Assembly (NCBI GenBank): GCA_039621445.1
Contig: CP154954.1
Location: 18,134,589-18,198,588 of the forward strand
Reading direction: 5' to 3'
DNA from: Euglena gracilis
Lineage: Eukaryota
DNA: 64,000 nucleotides
Position numbers and translations under genes: made by a program. The notes under the pieces were generated by a model, which saw only the letters and a program-made list of their open reading frames with translations, was not told where the DNA came from and ran no database searches. Shown here piece by piece: positions 25,450 to 37,610 of this stretch. The first letter of the stretch is position 1, and each line of letters starts with the position of its first letter.

Positions 25450-26214
25450 AGGGTCAACCTTCGGCTTCTCAGCATCTTGCTGGTACACCGCAAGAGCAGC
25501 CAGGAACACTTCCGTCTTAGGGGGAGGTGGCAAAAGGCCATTCACAAAGTTTGCCGTGCGTTTGGCCATGGGGGGAGGGCTGTGCGGGAAAAAAGGGGGG
25601 TAACACGTTTTCCATTGGAGATCAGGCGGTGAACTTTGGGTTTTTCGGGCGGGACCCCCCCCCCCTCTTCATTGGAAATACATGGACGAACTTCACCGGT
25701 GGAGCTTTGGCAGGGGGGGGGGAGGGGGGGTCCCGAGGACAGTTTTTTTTTTTGCATTTTTTGGCACTTTTTGCTGTACTGTCTCAACACAGGGGGGGGG
25801 GAGGGTCCTGGTAAACTGCCAACCCCCCCCTCAAAAATTGGCCAAAAACCGGCGCCGGAAAAAAATTTTAGGGCCTTTTTTTGGTCTAAAAAGGCCATTT
25901 TTGGTGACAAAATGTTCATCTGTCTCGGGGGGGTCGGCACTAGGACTAGGGGGGGGGGTCCCAAAAATCCCAACTGTACAGGGGGGGGGGAGGGGGGGGT
26001 CCCCAAAAAACCCCAACTGTACTGCCGTCGCCCCGGTGAACTTCACCGGTGAACTTCACCGGTGAAGTTCACCGGTGAGGTTTCTCCATGAAATTCCTTT
26101 AGGGGCGGGGCCCCCAACCCCCCCCCCCCACCCCTGCCTAACCTCGATTAGGGCATCTGTGGCAATGACACGTTTTCCATCAGGGCATCTGTGGCAATGA
26201 CATGTTTTCCATTA
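25450..26214 (+). mobile_element. Inverted middle piece of a split Helentron-like copy (N-terminal part of the PHD ORF on the minus strand, plus minisatellite)
   Basis: Minus strand encodes MAKRTANFVNGLLPPPPKTEVFLAALAVYQQDAEKPKVDP, nearly identical to 60747-60630. Confidence 0.8.
25617..26146 (-). mobile_element. 3-bp-TSD MITE (PIF/Harbinger-like) inserted in a minisatellite unit
   Basis: Ends GGAGATCAGGCG ... CTGCCTAACCTCG; TSD ATT; removing it restores TTTTCCATTAGGGCATCTG. Confidence 0.85.
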
Positions 26215-26218
26215 CCAT

Positions 26219-26665
26219 GGAGGTTAGGCAGGGGTGGGGGGGGGCTGTGGACCCCCCCGGTGAGAGTTCACCGGTGAACATTCACCGGGGGGGAGGGGGG
26301 GGTACTTTCGGCGGTGAAGTTCACCGGTGAAGTTCACCGGTGAACTTCACCGTTTTGATGGTTGGGGGTGAAATTTTCACTGGTACAATTTTGCTCCTTT
26401 CCTCTCAAAATGGTCATTTTGAGGTTGATGCTTCATGGAATTTTATCGAAATTTCCGAAAACTTGCCCAAAGTGCCATTTTTGGCCATTTTTGGCCAAAA
26501 AAGTACTCTCTTGGTGAACTTCACTGGTGAAATTCACCGATGGGTTAGGGAGGGGGGGGGGGGGGGGGGGCTGTGGACCCCCCCGGTGAACTTTCAAACG
26601 GTGAACTTCACCATAGGGGGGGGGGAGGGGAGGTCAAAATGACCAAAGTCTACTGCCTGATCTCC
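26219..26665 (+). mobile_element. 3-bp-TSD MITE (PIF/Harbinger-like), GGTGAACTTCACC-rich
   Basis: Ends GGAGGTTAGGCAG ... CTGCCTGATCTCC; TSD CAT; removing it restores TACCATGCCCCCCCC as seen at 2738. Confidence 0.9.
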
Positions 26666-26687
26666 CATGCCCCCCCCATATAAGACC

Positions 26688-27113
26688 GCACCTTGCTGGC
26701 ACAGGGCAACACGAAGAAAAAGTCTGGCTCCGTAGGTGCAGAGCTTGCTGTTGCCAACTGTTTGGAGTTCGCCAAACTGTGTCAACATCGGCAAGCATCT
26801 TATCCTGAGCTGGATGATTTCTTTGTTGCCTTGACGAGATGGGAGCTGGAACCCAGCCTGTTGTTCGATGAGGCGAGCGTCATTGAACAATGTGTGGCTC
26901 AATGTGAGCAGCAGTCGGGAACTATGTTCGTTTCAGGGAATCGTTCACAACCTCTTTTCATACATACGTGAATGCCCTCGCTCGGGCATTCCGCAAAACC
27001 ACGACCGAGGGAGTTGTGTTGCCTTCTGCAGAGTGTTTACAGATGCCCTAATGGAAAACGTGTTCATGATCACGAATTTCAGGGCAGGCATTTGGCGGGC
27101 TGAACACATTTTT
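26688..27113 (-). mobile_element. Remaining piece of the split Helentron-like copy (middle of the PHD ORF on the plus strand, plus terminal IR)
   Basis: Plus strand encodes LLAQGNTKKKSGSVGAELAVANCLEFAKLCQHRQASYPELDDFFV...EQQSG, as in 60615-60385; ends GGCGGGCTGAACACATTTTTAA. Confidence 0.8.
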
Positions 27114-27739
27114 AACAAGTCGGTTGCTTTGAGTCCAGAAACCAAACACCCCATAAAGCCGCGTTTCTGGACTCAAGGCAGACCGACTTATGGGGGGGGG
27201 GGGAAGGTCGAAGCGAACAAGTGCCGATTTTTCAGCTGTTTTCTTGGAGGGTGCCAGATTCTAAAATTTGGTTGAAAATGGGGGGAGATCGGGATGGCGC
27301 TGTATTGCTGTCTGTTTTCCCCGTTCAGGGTGGCATTTCCTGTCCTTTCTTGACCCCTGAAACCGTGTATGGGGGCTCCACCCAAACCGGTGTCCCAGAC
27401 ACCGGTTCGGGTGGGGCGAGGTACGCGGGGGACGTCCAGGCGATTGGCTTCTGTGATCGTTGCGGCTGTGGCACAACAGTGCTTGCCTAGCATTTCCTCC
27501 ACTCATTCATGCATTCATGTCCCTGTTCTTTGGAAATGACTCCCAGCCAGGGACACAGACCCGGGCGGGAAATTTCTGCTCGAGTCTGTGCCCCAGACAC
27601 AGGCTCGGGCGTGAGTCTAGAGACTCAAAAAATGTGTCCCAGACGCTGGTTCAGGTGTGAAGGCGTGGACACATTAATTGATCAATTGGGTTGATTGATT
27701 CATTGATTAACTGATTGAGTTTCACCTTCTCAGGGCATC

Positions 27740-27990
27740 AAATATTTATTGAGCAGCAAGCTCACATTGCCATGGCACGGGGTCCCTTGTGGGCTGAGTT
27801 CTCAGAGAAGTTGGAAGACTTCAAAAATGCCGAAAAGAACGCAAGGGTGTTGTTGCTGCAAGGGCAGAGATGTGCCTTCTTTGCTCTGAAGTTGGCTGTG
27901 CCGCAAACTTTGACTTTCACAGCACCCAGTATCCAAGAACGAAGATTGATGGATCTTTTTTGCAATGCTGCACTGGACACTAAAATGAGA
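27740..27990 (+). CDS. Candidate exon, hypothetical protein
   Basis: Unique, homopolymer-poor open stretch (IEQQAHIAMARGPLWAEFSEKLEDFKNAEKNARVLLL...); junctions not resolved. Confidence 0.3.
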
Positions 27991-29602
27991 TACTGTGCGC
28001 GTGTGCGTGTGTCTGTGGTGCGCTGTGTGCAAATCCTTGGTATGACCCACTTGGGCGATCCTGCCCCTTGGGGAAGGGGGTTTTGTTCCTCAGGGGAAGG
28101 GGATTTTGTTCTTCATTTCAAAACATTGTTAGTTCAAGGTTTGATTTTCCCTCGCCTCACAAAGTTTTTTTAACCCCCAAAGACTCCATCCATTGGCCTT
28201 TGCATTCGAAGCAGCGCACAATGCAATGAAATCCCGACATGCGGCATTTGAAGCACGCCTTGAAGCTAAACAGGCAACAGACCATCGATTGCATCTGGAC
28301 ATGAGCTTTGCAGCCAGTGGTCAAAAGCCCTTCATTTGTGGACTGGAGTGAGAATGTGTTCGCAGTCACATCCATATCAACAACATATTTCCCTCCATTG
28401 TTGTGGTCAGGGGTCCGGTGAGAAAGGTTGGCCGGAAATAAAGGGGGGGGGAGTTTGTTGACTCTCTGTTGAAACGTGGTAAATTTGATGGAGTTTTTGG
28501 AACCTCCACACAAACTTACCAAACTCTAAGCACAATTTGAGCTCGGGCATAACAGATTTTCAATATTTTTTTTACCAAACCTCACAATTCAAAAGCGGGT
28601 CAAACACCTGAAAAAACTCAGAAATGAAAAACCTGGGGGGTAAGGAAAGTGGTATTTACCCCCTAGTTTTCAAGAAATTTCCAAAAAAAATGGCCAAAAA
28701 ATGAGGCATAAACCCAGACTCATGCCCGAGCCGGGGTCTTGGACCCGTACTCGGGCGGGAATTTCTCACCCAAGTCCGGGTCCTAGATCCCGGCTCTGGC
28801 GTGAGTCTGGGGTTGAGGGAATTCCTTCCAAATGTGTCCGAGGACAGTTTCAAAAATACCAAAAATGCCACATTTTGTTTACAAAAGTGCCAAAATCCCA
28901 AGAGCCAACCCCAAAATTCATTGTGCCCCAAATGCCAAAGTTTATTTTCCCAAAGTGCCAAAAAAAAGCTAAATGTTGGTTACTAAAGTGCCATCAATGC
29001 CGAACTTTGGTTGCCATTGCTAAAAATGCAAAATGTTGGTTGTGAAAGTGCTGGAAATGCAAATACCAAAGAGATTTTTGGTTACCAAAGTGTCCAAACC
29101 GGCACTTTGTTCACGACAAAATGCCAAGATTATTTCCCCAAAGTGCCAAAAATGACAAACTTGGTCATTTTCCATTTCCAGCTTGCTCACAAATTTTGAG
29201 TCCGTTCCAATTTCGCGACCTGAAGGGTCTTAACTCTTTGCCCTAAACAGGGACTCAGACCAGAACAGTGCCTAGGCCAAGGTTTTAGGGGGCACGGCGC
29301 TTTCGGCTTCTCAGGGGAGCGCTCCCCTAACTCTTGACCTAAACACAGTTCTTGACATAAAGACCTCTGCCAATTTTACCAAACTCACAACTTTGAGATC
29401 CCACAGCCCCCTCCCCTCCCCTGGGGGGGGGTTGGCGACAAAAAAATGTGATGAATTTTTCTCCACTGACCACAATCCCCCTGAAAAACAAAGGGACAAA
29501 AAAATCGCCAGGACATCCTAAACAACCCCTCTCCCCAAGTTTTGGACACACTGCATTTTGGGTGCATGCAAACTTGCCACGACCCCAAGTTTTGGACCCT
29601 GC

Positions 29603-29720
29603 CAGTGGCGGAAACACTGGTGGAAGCTGTTGTTACGGAGGCTTTTCAGGCAGTCTGGTCTGAAGCTTTGCAGCGCGATCTCTGGCAGTTGAAGGAGGTG
29701 GAGGACCAGGAGAGTTCAGG
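29603..29720 (+). CDS. Candidate exon, hypothetical protein
   Basis: Helical-looking frame VAETLVEAVVTEAFQAVWSEALQRDLWQLKEVEDQE, preceded by a CCCTG. Confidence 0.4.
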
Positions 29721-32700
29721 GTTGCTTGGGACGCCTTCTTCCTTCATCCCCCCAGGGAGGCATTTGTTGGGGAGGGAGCAGTTGGCCCTCCCCCCCACTC
29801 ACAAGAAAGAGTGGACCCCCCGATTCCCAGGCTCCATCACGTTTGATGTCAGAATTGGGTTTGGGTCAGGGTTGGGATTAGCGATCAGGGTTCTGGGGTT
29901 TAGGCCCAAATTAGGCCTAATTTGGTCCAAATGGTGCCCCAAAATGAAAATGGATTCCAAACCCTACCTCCTGGAATTAACCCGAATCTTACCCGAAACA
30001 GGTGAACTTGCCCCACACAAGTGGCCCCACCCTGGCAGCACACCACCTACTCTCCCCCCCAGGTTACCCAGAGGCAGGGGCTGCTGAAAAAAGCTTGCCC
30101 CTGGTGCCCCCACCAGATTGGCCGCCCCTTGGGCGGCCTCGGACCCCCAAATGGCCAATCTGGGGGGGGGGACAATCTTGCACGTTCACCATTTTTGACC
30201 AAAATGGCCGATTTGGGAAGTACACCAGATTGTCCCCCCCCTCGAGATTGGCCTTTTGGGTTTTGTAAGATACCCAGGCCAAATTGGCCGTTTGGTATTC
30301 GGAAATTTACCGTGCCAAATTGGCCGTTTTTTGTCATTTTTATACCCGTGAATTGGCCAAAAATTGGGGGGAAAACTTGGAAAAAGTTTTACCCCCCCCC
30401 CATTGTCCATTTATTTTCTTTCAAGCATTGGCGACCAATGAATTGCCATTCCTTCTTTTCCAGGGCCAGTGGACAGTTGATGGCAAAGAATGAGCTGACA
30501 ATTTTGCCACGTGACTTTTTTGGACAAAGGTTGGGCATGGCAGTTCTTTTCTGACCTGAAATGCTGAAATAGTAAGGGGGGACGCCAGTAACATCGAGTT
30601 CCTGTTCAGCTTCTCTTTTTTTCAGTAAGCTCACACCCTGCAGCATCCCCTGGTTTTATGGGCACACAGGGTGGGGGTGGTATTTCAAACCCCCAGGGTG
30701 GGATTTTGGATTTTTTTTTGTGTTTTTGGGTGTTTGGCAAAATTTGTCTTCTTTTGTGTTCATTTGTGTGTTTTTGTGTTTCCCCCCCCCCGGCAATTTC
30801 TCCGTTTCTGCAAGGATTTTTTTTTACTCAGAAAATTCTGCATTTTTATTCCGCCCCGATTTTCCCTCAGGCGAAAACGGTTTCTCATTTTTTGTTTTTA
30901 TCGTGATTTTTTAAGTATGTGAGCAAAATCGAATTAACATTCATCTTAAAAATAGAATTCTTGTTTCAAAAAAAGCAAAAAGAATTTGTTTTTTGGATGT
31001 TTTACATTTTTTTTGCTGTTTTGATCATGCCTTTTCTTTTTTGGAGGAAGAAGAGTGTCCAAAACATGCCACTATGCATAACAATGTTTTTGAAAACATT
31101 TCAACAACTCTGTCAAAAAAGCTCCAAAAACCTTGTTCGTTGGAGTTTTATTCAAAGTATCAATCCGTTTCAACAACAGGGGCATTTGATGTATTTGGCT
31201 ATAATCGCCAGATGTTTCATATGCAAGTAGCCCAAGTATTTCCCCTCTCTTCCTCCCCCCCCAGAATTTCCCTCCCATGAAACCCTGAGGGTGGCAAGCA
31301 TTGGTGGATGAGGAGGAGTCGATGCGCAGGCTCAATGGTTTGCCATTGCCATTGCTTTATTTTGTTTCCAAAGTCTTCAAGACCAGGCCAAAAAGACACT
31401 TTGACAACGAGCACCATCTCATTTCTCTGTGTTTTCTCCGATTGTTATTCATAGGAGGGGTGATTGTGCACCACTTCCTGCTTGATCAGCTTGAGTTTTG
31501 TGAGTCTGAATGACATCGCTCTTGCAGAGTTTTTATTACCGAATTTAATTCAACTTCATTGAATTATTTTTCTTTTGGCCACGAGCAACACCACACACAC
31601 ACGCACAGCCACCCACACCCAACACACAACCATACATGTTCAAGCCGGCACTTTGAGGAGACCAGAAAAGATCTGCCAGGGTGGACACCACCCATACCCC
31701 CCCCCCCCATAAAGCGACCCCCAACCCGGACATTGGTCCAAAAAAGGCCAAATTTTGACGGAGCCTTCAAAATAACCCAATTTCAGATTCTTTTCCGATC
31801 TGTTCACAAAGAGCTCTCTGAGATCTTTCTAAAAATGCATAAGAAGTTGGCCCAAAACTACTAGGTATCTTCCAACCACCATACCCCCCTGATTGACCAG
31901 GTTTGCAGAAGTGCTGAGCTCTTTGCATAAAATGGCAATCTGGGGTGATGATGCCTGCAGGCTCTTGCTTGAGCGTTCGCGGTACCCCACCCCCGGGGGG
32001 CATTGAGCTGCAGCTAGTCCGAATTTGGTCAGTGGAATTCCTAGTGGACCCTCCGGGGGGTATGTTAATGGAATTACACCAGAGTTAATTACACCAATTT
32101 ACTCACCTGGCCAGGCGGAGCAACAACAAAGCACTGGTGTGAGGGGCACTCACTGGGCACCAGGCCACTCACCACACAGCAAACTGGGCCAGAAGTGAAG
32201 CTAGCACCGGCCATAAACAGACAAGAAGCCTTAGTGCAACTAAGGGTCTCTAAAATTTTGACTCCCAAAACTTGCCGAAAATGCCCATTTTTGGCCATTT
32301 TTGGTATTTTTTTTTTGGAGCAGAATCATCCAAAAAATAAATATTAAAAATCTCATTTTCCCACTGCCGGAGGAATTGTTTTTCCCAGTTGGGGGATCCC
32401 TGGACCCCTCCCCCTGGGGGGGGGGTCCGGAGTGTAGAGGGGGGGGTTCAGCACAAGTGGTTGGTTTTCGCGTTAAGTGAGATATTTTGGGGCATTTTGG
32501 TGGCAGTTTCTGGATCAAAAATTGATCTTTCCCAAGAATCTGGAAAATGAAGCAGAACCAAAGGAAATGTCCGGCAAATGAGGCCATTGGAACGCCCATC
32601 TAACCGTATTTTTACTTTCCCGTAACTCCGTACCAAGCCGGAGTGATGGCCATATTTATGCATTTGTTTATTTTATTTTTTTGTTTCTTTTATGGTCACG

Positions 32701-33359
32701 CGGCCCACCTTTTTTTGCCTGTTTTGAATTAACCGTTCATCAGCCATTTTAGGACAAAAAAATCGCCCCCCCCCCCAAATGTCTCGAAAATGATGGAATC
32801 ACTGGAGACCTAAAATATAGCCCTGGAGACCCTTTATCACCCCGCCGTGTAGGCCTCCAGGGCCAGCTGCACACTTTGTTTTTCTTTGTTAGTTGTTGTT
32901 TATTTGAGATTAATTTTTTTTGTATTCTTTATATTTTTAACACACAATTTTATTATTGAACCTTTTTCATTTATTTTTTTTTGCTTTTTTCCCCTGATGT
33001 TTTTATTTTGCATTTTTTTGCTTCAATTTGTCTGCCATTCTTTGTATCAGTTTTGATTTTCCTCCTTTTTTTTCAAATTTCAGGGTTTGAATTGTGGTTG
33101 TGCTTTTGACACGTATCTGTTGCCCCCCACTGAGACACTGCACAACCCAACGACCTCATTGTCTAACACCCAGGCGTTTGTCAAGGGCCCCGGGGAGTCA
33201 CTGGCTAGCCACTAGAAGTGACTAGACACTGGCAAAAAGCCACTGACACCAAGCATTGAATTCTCACAAAGGAAAAATTTGGGGCATTGTTTCAAGCTGT
33301 TTCTCACCTCCCCAAACCTTTGCAGTAACATCCCAGGTTGACAAGGCAGAAGTTGAAAG

Positions 33360-33562
33360 CAGGGGTTTTTTTTTTTAAAGCCGTAGACCCCCCGGGGGGG
33401 GTAGGGTGGGTGGGTTCGGCCGGATATACTATTTTTTTTGGCATTTTTTTGTGATTTTTGGCCATTTTTGGGGGAAAAGTGGGTGCCCCCCGGGACCCCC
33501 CCCCCAAGAGGATGGGTGGGTCGGGGGGACCCCCCCTTCCCCCGGTCTTAAAAAAACCCCTG
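33360..33562. mobile_element. MITE with CAGGGGTTTTT..AAAAACCCCTG ends
   Basis: Inverted termini; interior related to 43437-43750; no clean TSD. Confidence 0.7.
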
Positions 33563-33849
33563 GAAGGTCTCAAACACGCATTCTGGGGGTTATGCATCCT
33601 GTATGTTGTGGTGACACATCTTAGGCACCCCAACTGACATCCCTGCTCGTCCTGGGGCACTGGATCACACCCTGATTGCATTATTTGGGTTTCGGGAGCC
33701 TGGTATTGCAATTTTCCCAAAAAATTGACGATGTCCGCATTTGCGCACACGGACAAATCCTTAATCCTTAAGTGCGAGTGACACCGTCTAAGATTTAGGA
33801 ATAGCCCGAGCTGATCACAAAGTGAGTGATAGTCTGTCCAGTGCCACTG

Positions 33850-33977
33850 CAATGGTCTTGCAGAGGCAGTGGGGGGTACCGCTGCTCGCCGAGCGCTGCA
33901 TCTCCACCGAGCGGAACTGAGCCGCAAATATGCACAGCGCGCCATGCAAGCAGAAAGGGAGGAGCGGTTGTCCAAAG
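33850..33977 (+). CDS. Candidate exon, hypothetical protein
   Basis: NGLAEAVGGTAARRALHLHRAELSRKYAQRAMQAEREERLSK, followed by GTTCAG (CAG at +4). Confidence 0.5.
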
Positions 33978-35068
33978 TTCAGAGCCAAGCCTCTCTGATT
34001 CCTGAAGGAAAGGGAGAATGAAGACGGTCCAGTCTTACAGCCCTGAAGAAATTTGGTCTTCTGTTTGCAATTTTGAAATGCTGAACTGCGTTTCATGGGG
34101 TCAGATGGTTTAGGTGCGCCTGAGTGGGGGGGGGCGAGTGGTTGGGTTTTCCAGTCCCTCTGCCCCGGGGGGGGGGCACCACAGGCGAGAAGTGCAGCGA
34201 GAAGTGATGACAAAATGATGACAGGCCATAAGCTGACAAGAAGCCTTAGTGCAACTAAAGGGGTGGGGAATTACAAAAACCCCAGAAGCATCAAAAATAT
34301 ATTTACTCCCTCCTCATTTGGGCATCGGACCACATTTGCTTGCCCATGCGGGCCAGCTATATTTTTTCAAATTGAAATTTGAAATGCTTTTATGTCAGTA
34401 TTTGAATGAGAAACAAGCAGGGTTGGGTTCAAGGATTTTCCCCACATGGGAAGGTGCTCCGACACATTTTGTCATTATTTGGGAATTTGGGACATAACTT
34501 TTGTACGCATTCCATTAGGAATGTATGGATTTGCTCTTTGAGGTCAAAATCAAATGGGTGGTTTGCATCTGAAAGGGATGAAATGCAATTATTTCCTTTG
34601 GAGCTGAGAACAAAGCCAAAAAATAGTCTATATTTTTATTCTGATTGTGCTCTCACAATTGCTTGCTTGTATGTTTATCTGGTGAATCTTTTTTTTTTTC
34701 ATGAAGTGATGGTGTACATGATGTATGCTCCTGATCTTTTGCAAAAAATGCAACCTGGCTCTGCATCAGACTTTGCTATTCAAATGTGGAACCAGGCTTT
34801 TCCATTGGGTGCCAAGCAATGATGTATTTGCTCAAGTCTCGTAGTGCAACTTTGTATTCTTCTGCTTGGTGAAGGCCATTCTTTTTGCATTTCATGGCTT
34901 TTACGAAATTTTACCTCAGTTTCTGCAAATTTTTATCATTTTCCCCATTTCAGCACATTTTTCTGTGCAGTTTTTGGACCCCCCATATCTGCCCTTGGGC
35001 GTCCACTGCATCTTGACAGCAGGTTCAGACGTTAGGTCAAGGAATTCCACAGATGGACGGATTGTGAC

Positions 35069-35268
35069 CTAACCCCCCCAAATAACCCCCCAAAAAGCAC
35101 CCCCCCCCCTCAGGGGCCAATTTCAATTGCGCCCAAATAACACCCCCTGTTTTCCTTTGGTTTTCAATGTAAAAATACCCCCCCCCCCAATAACACCCCC
35201 CCCTGGCACCCCAGTTCGGGTGCCCAAATAACACACTGGGGGTGTTATTTGGGTGGGGGGGGGTTACG
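35069..35268. mobile_element. MITE with TAACCCCCCC-AAATAAC type termini
   Basis: Inverted ends (..TAACCCCCCCAAATAAC / GTTATTTGGG..GGGGTTACG); related pieces at ~42187-42265 and 57707-58139. Confidence 0.65.
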
Positions 35269-35648
35269 TTGTTCAGGCCACCAACAGATGTTGCTCCTGT
35301 TGTTCAGGAGTGTGGCCTTGAAAAAGGCTACAGCATGAGCAATCCCGGGGTTCTAAATATCTGGTGTTCGATGATTTTCGGCAACTTGCAGGTTCGAAAA
35401 CTTCCGGAACGCAGTGTGTGTGTGCATACATTCTAAACATACATCCACACATCATCATCATCATCATCATCATCACAACCGCATCCACACACCATCAGCA
35501 ATCGCATTACCCCCCTTCTTTGAAATTTATGCTCCCCCCAATTTGATTCAGTAAATTTGACTCAAAATGCATGGAAACACTTTGGAATGACCTTGAAACT
35601 GTCAAAAAACGTCACATATTCAAAAAATTTTCACCCCCGCCCAAAATA

Positions 35649-35972
35649 CCATACCCCCCCCCCTCAGTTAGTCACCCCTTGGGAGGGGAATTTGGCCAAG
35701 GGTGACTAATAGGGGAGGGTGACTAATTCGGGGGGGGGGGGCAATTTATGCCCAAATTTTGCCCCCTGCCCCAAGTCTTGGGGTTTCAAGGTTGTTTTTG
35801 GGCATTCCAGGGCACTTTTCATGGATGGCAACCAGCAAAAAATTCTGACGACCAAATTCGGCTTTTTTTTAAGAAAAATATTTTCCTTCGGAAAAAATTG
35901 TTTTTGCCTGGGGGCCCAAAGATGACTTATAGGGGGGGGGGGGCGACTAACTGAGGGGGGGGGAGGGCATGA
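35649..35972. mobile_element. TA-flanked Tc1/mariner-like MITE
   Basis: TA|CCATA(C)nTCAGTTAGTCACCCC ... GGGGCGACTAACTGA(G)nAGGGCATGA|TA. Confidence 0.8.
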
Positions 35973-36248
35973 TAACCAAATCCCCTTGTGTGTGCCAGGC
36001 AAGGATGGCCACAGGTAAACGTCTAATGAACTCAGTGGGCCTACGGGGGGGGGGTGCTGCCCCCGGACCCCCCCGCCCAAAATAACAAAATCCTTTTGTG
36101 CGTGCAAGGCATGGATGGCCACGGGTAACCGTTCTAATGAACTTAGTCGGCCTACGGCCTCCTCCGAGGGGGGGGCAGCTCCCCCCCGCCGTACCCCCCG
36201 CCCAAAATAATCCGCAGCAGCTGTGTCAACACGTACCCGCACACCAAG

Positions 36249-36745
36249 GTGCGCGCAGACAGGTGCGTCCAGTGCCAATTTGACATGAATCTGCCCGCGT
36301 CGTTTGTGGCGAAGCCTGCTGGTGACTTGAATGCTGAAGAGGCCGCAGCCCGGCGCCAGATAATGGCGGAGGAGCGGCTGGCCATGGCTAAGGCGCGCCA
36401 CTCCGAGCTGCAGGCGTTCAAGGCACAAACCACCCGGCCATCAGCGATTCGGCAACCAGAACCGACGTTTAACAGCGTGGCGTTCACACGTGTACCTTTG
36501 CCAGATTGCAGGTGAAGTATTCTCCCTTCCCAAAAGGTCAACTGCATTATAGACTAAACCCTGCTGTCTTGAGTTGCCAGGCACACAAAGGGCCACGCCC
36601 CATCAGTGACATGGTGGGGGCGGTGGAGGTGTTCACTGCCCAGCGGCAGCAGCAGTCCCGCTTGCTGGCAAACCGGCTCAAGGCGGAGGAGGCTGCAAAG
36701 CGCCAGTTGCAAATCAGGCTGAATACAAGGATGCCCCCCCCCTAG
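36249..36745 (+). CDS. GC-rich coding-like segment in two overlapping frames, hypothetical
   Basis: DLNAEEAAARRQIMAEERLAMAKARHSELQAF and QRQQQSRLLANRLKAEEAAKRQLQ read as coiled-coil; frame change near 36510 is unexplained. Confidence 0.45.
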
Positions 36746-37149
36746 TCTGACTCCCCGGGGTGTGGGGAAGGACACAAGGCCCAGCTGACTCAGTGCCAAT
36801 GGCACCGGAAGCCCGGAAAAGACCCATTTCCTGCAAATTCTGTTCATTTTCCCCCATAATGGGCCATTTTTCAATTCTGTGCATTTTCTTGTGTTTCTTC
36901 GGCTTTTTTGGTTCATATATGACGTTTGTATTTCTTCCCTCTGATTTGGGCACCTTCATGCCATTCACTTCAGGCGGCAAAATCACTTATTTCCACTGAT
37001 TTTTCTGCTTTTTTGGAGTTTATTCTCACTTATTTTGCCGCTTATTTTGGGGAGATTTTTGCGCTTATCCCCCCCCCCCTCAGGTGGAATTCCTCTTGCC
37101 AGGGTGGTCCGTAAGGGACGGGATATATATGTATATATATTTTTATTTA

Positions 37150-37610
37150 AGGACCGCCCCCTTAAAGACCGCCCCCCCCCCAATACACAAAAACCCGAAA
37201 AATTGGACCCGAAAATTTTTTTCCGGCGCCTTCAACGCCGGCTTTTTTTGACCCATTTTGGGACCCATATGGGAGGTAAAACTAAAAACCCCTCAAAATC
37301 CCATTTTTTTCACACCTTTCAAAAGTTCAACATTTTCTCAAAAATTTAATTTTGAGAGTTTTTTGAAGCAAAAAAAGCCATTGAAAATTTCCAAGAGAAA
37401 AAATGGTACACTTTTTTTTCGACCTTCGTTATTTTCCACCCCCCTCCAAAAAATTACCAAATTTAACCCTGAAATCTTTGAGATTTTTTGTGAAAAAAAT
37501 GTGGGATTCCATCAAAAAATCATTCACTTTTCAAAAAATATTTCAAAATTTTTTTCGGCCCAAATCCCCTTTTTCCCGAATTTGGTTTTTTCTTGAAATT
37601 TTGAAATTTT
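37150..37610 (+). repeat. Dispersed repeat family, three copies (also ~38630-39000 and ~42350-42880)
   Basis: Shared 'cccatt(t)tgggacccatat(a/g)ggaggt...ccatcaaaaaatcat...cggccc/caaaatccc...ttttcc' blocks. Confidence 0.8.
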
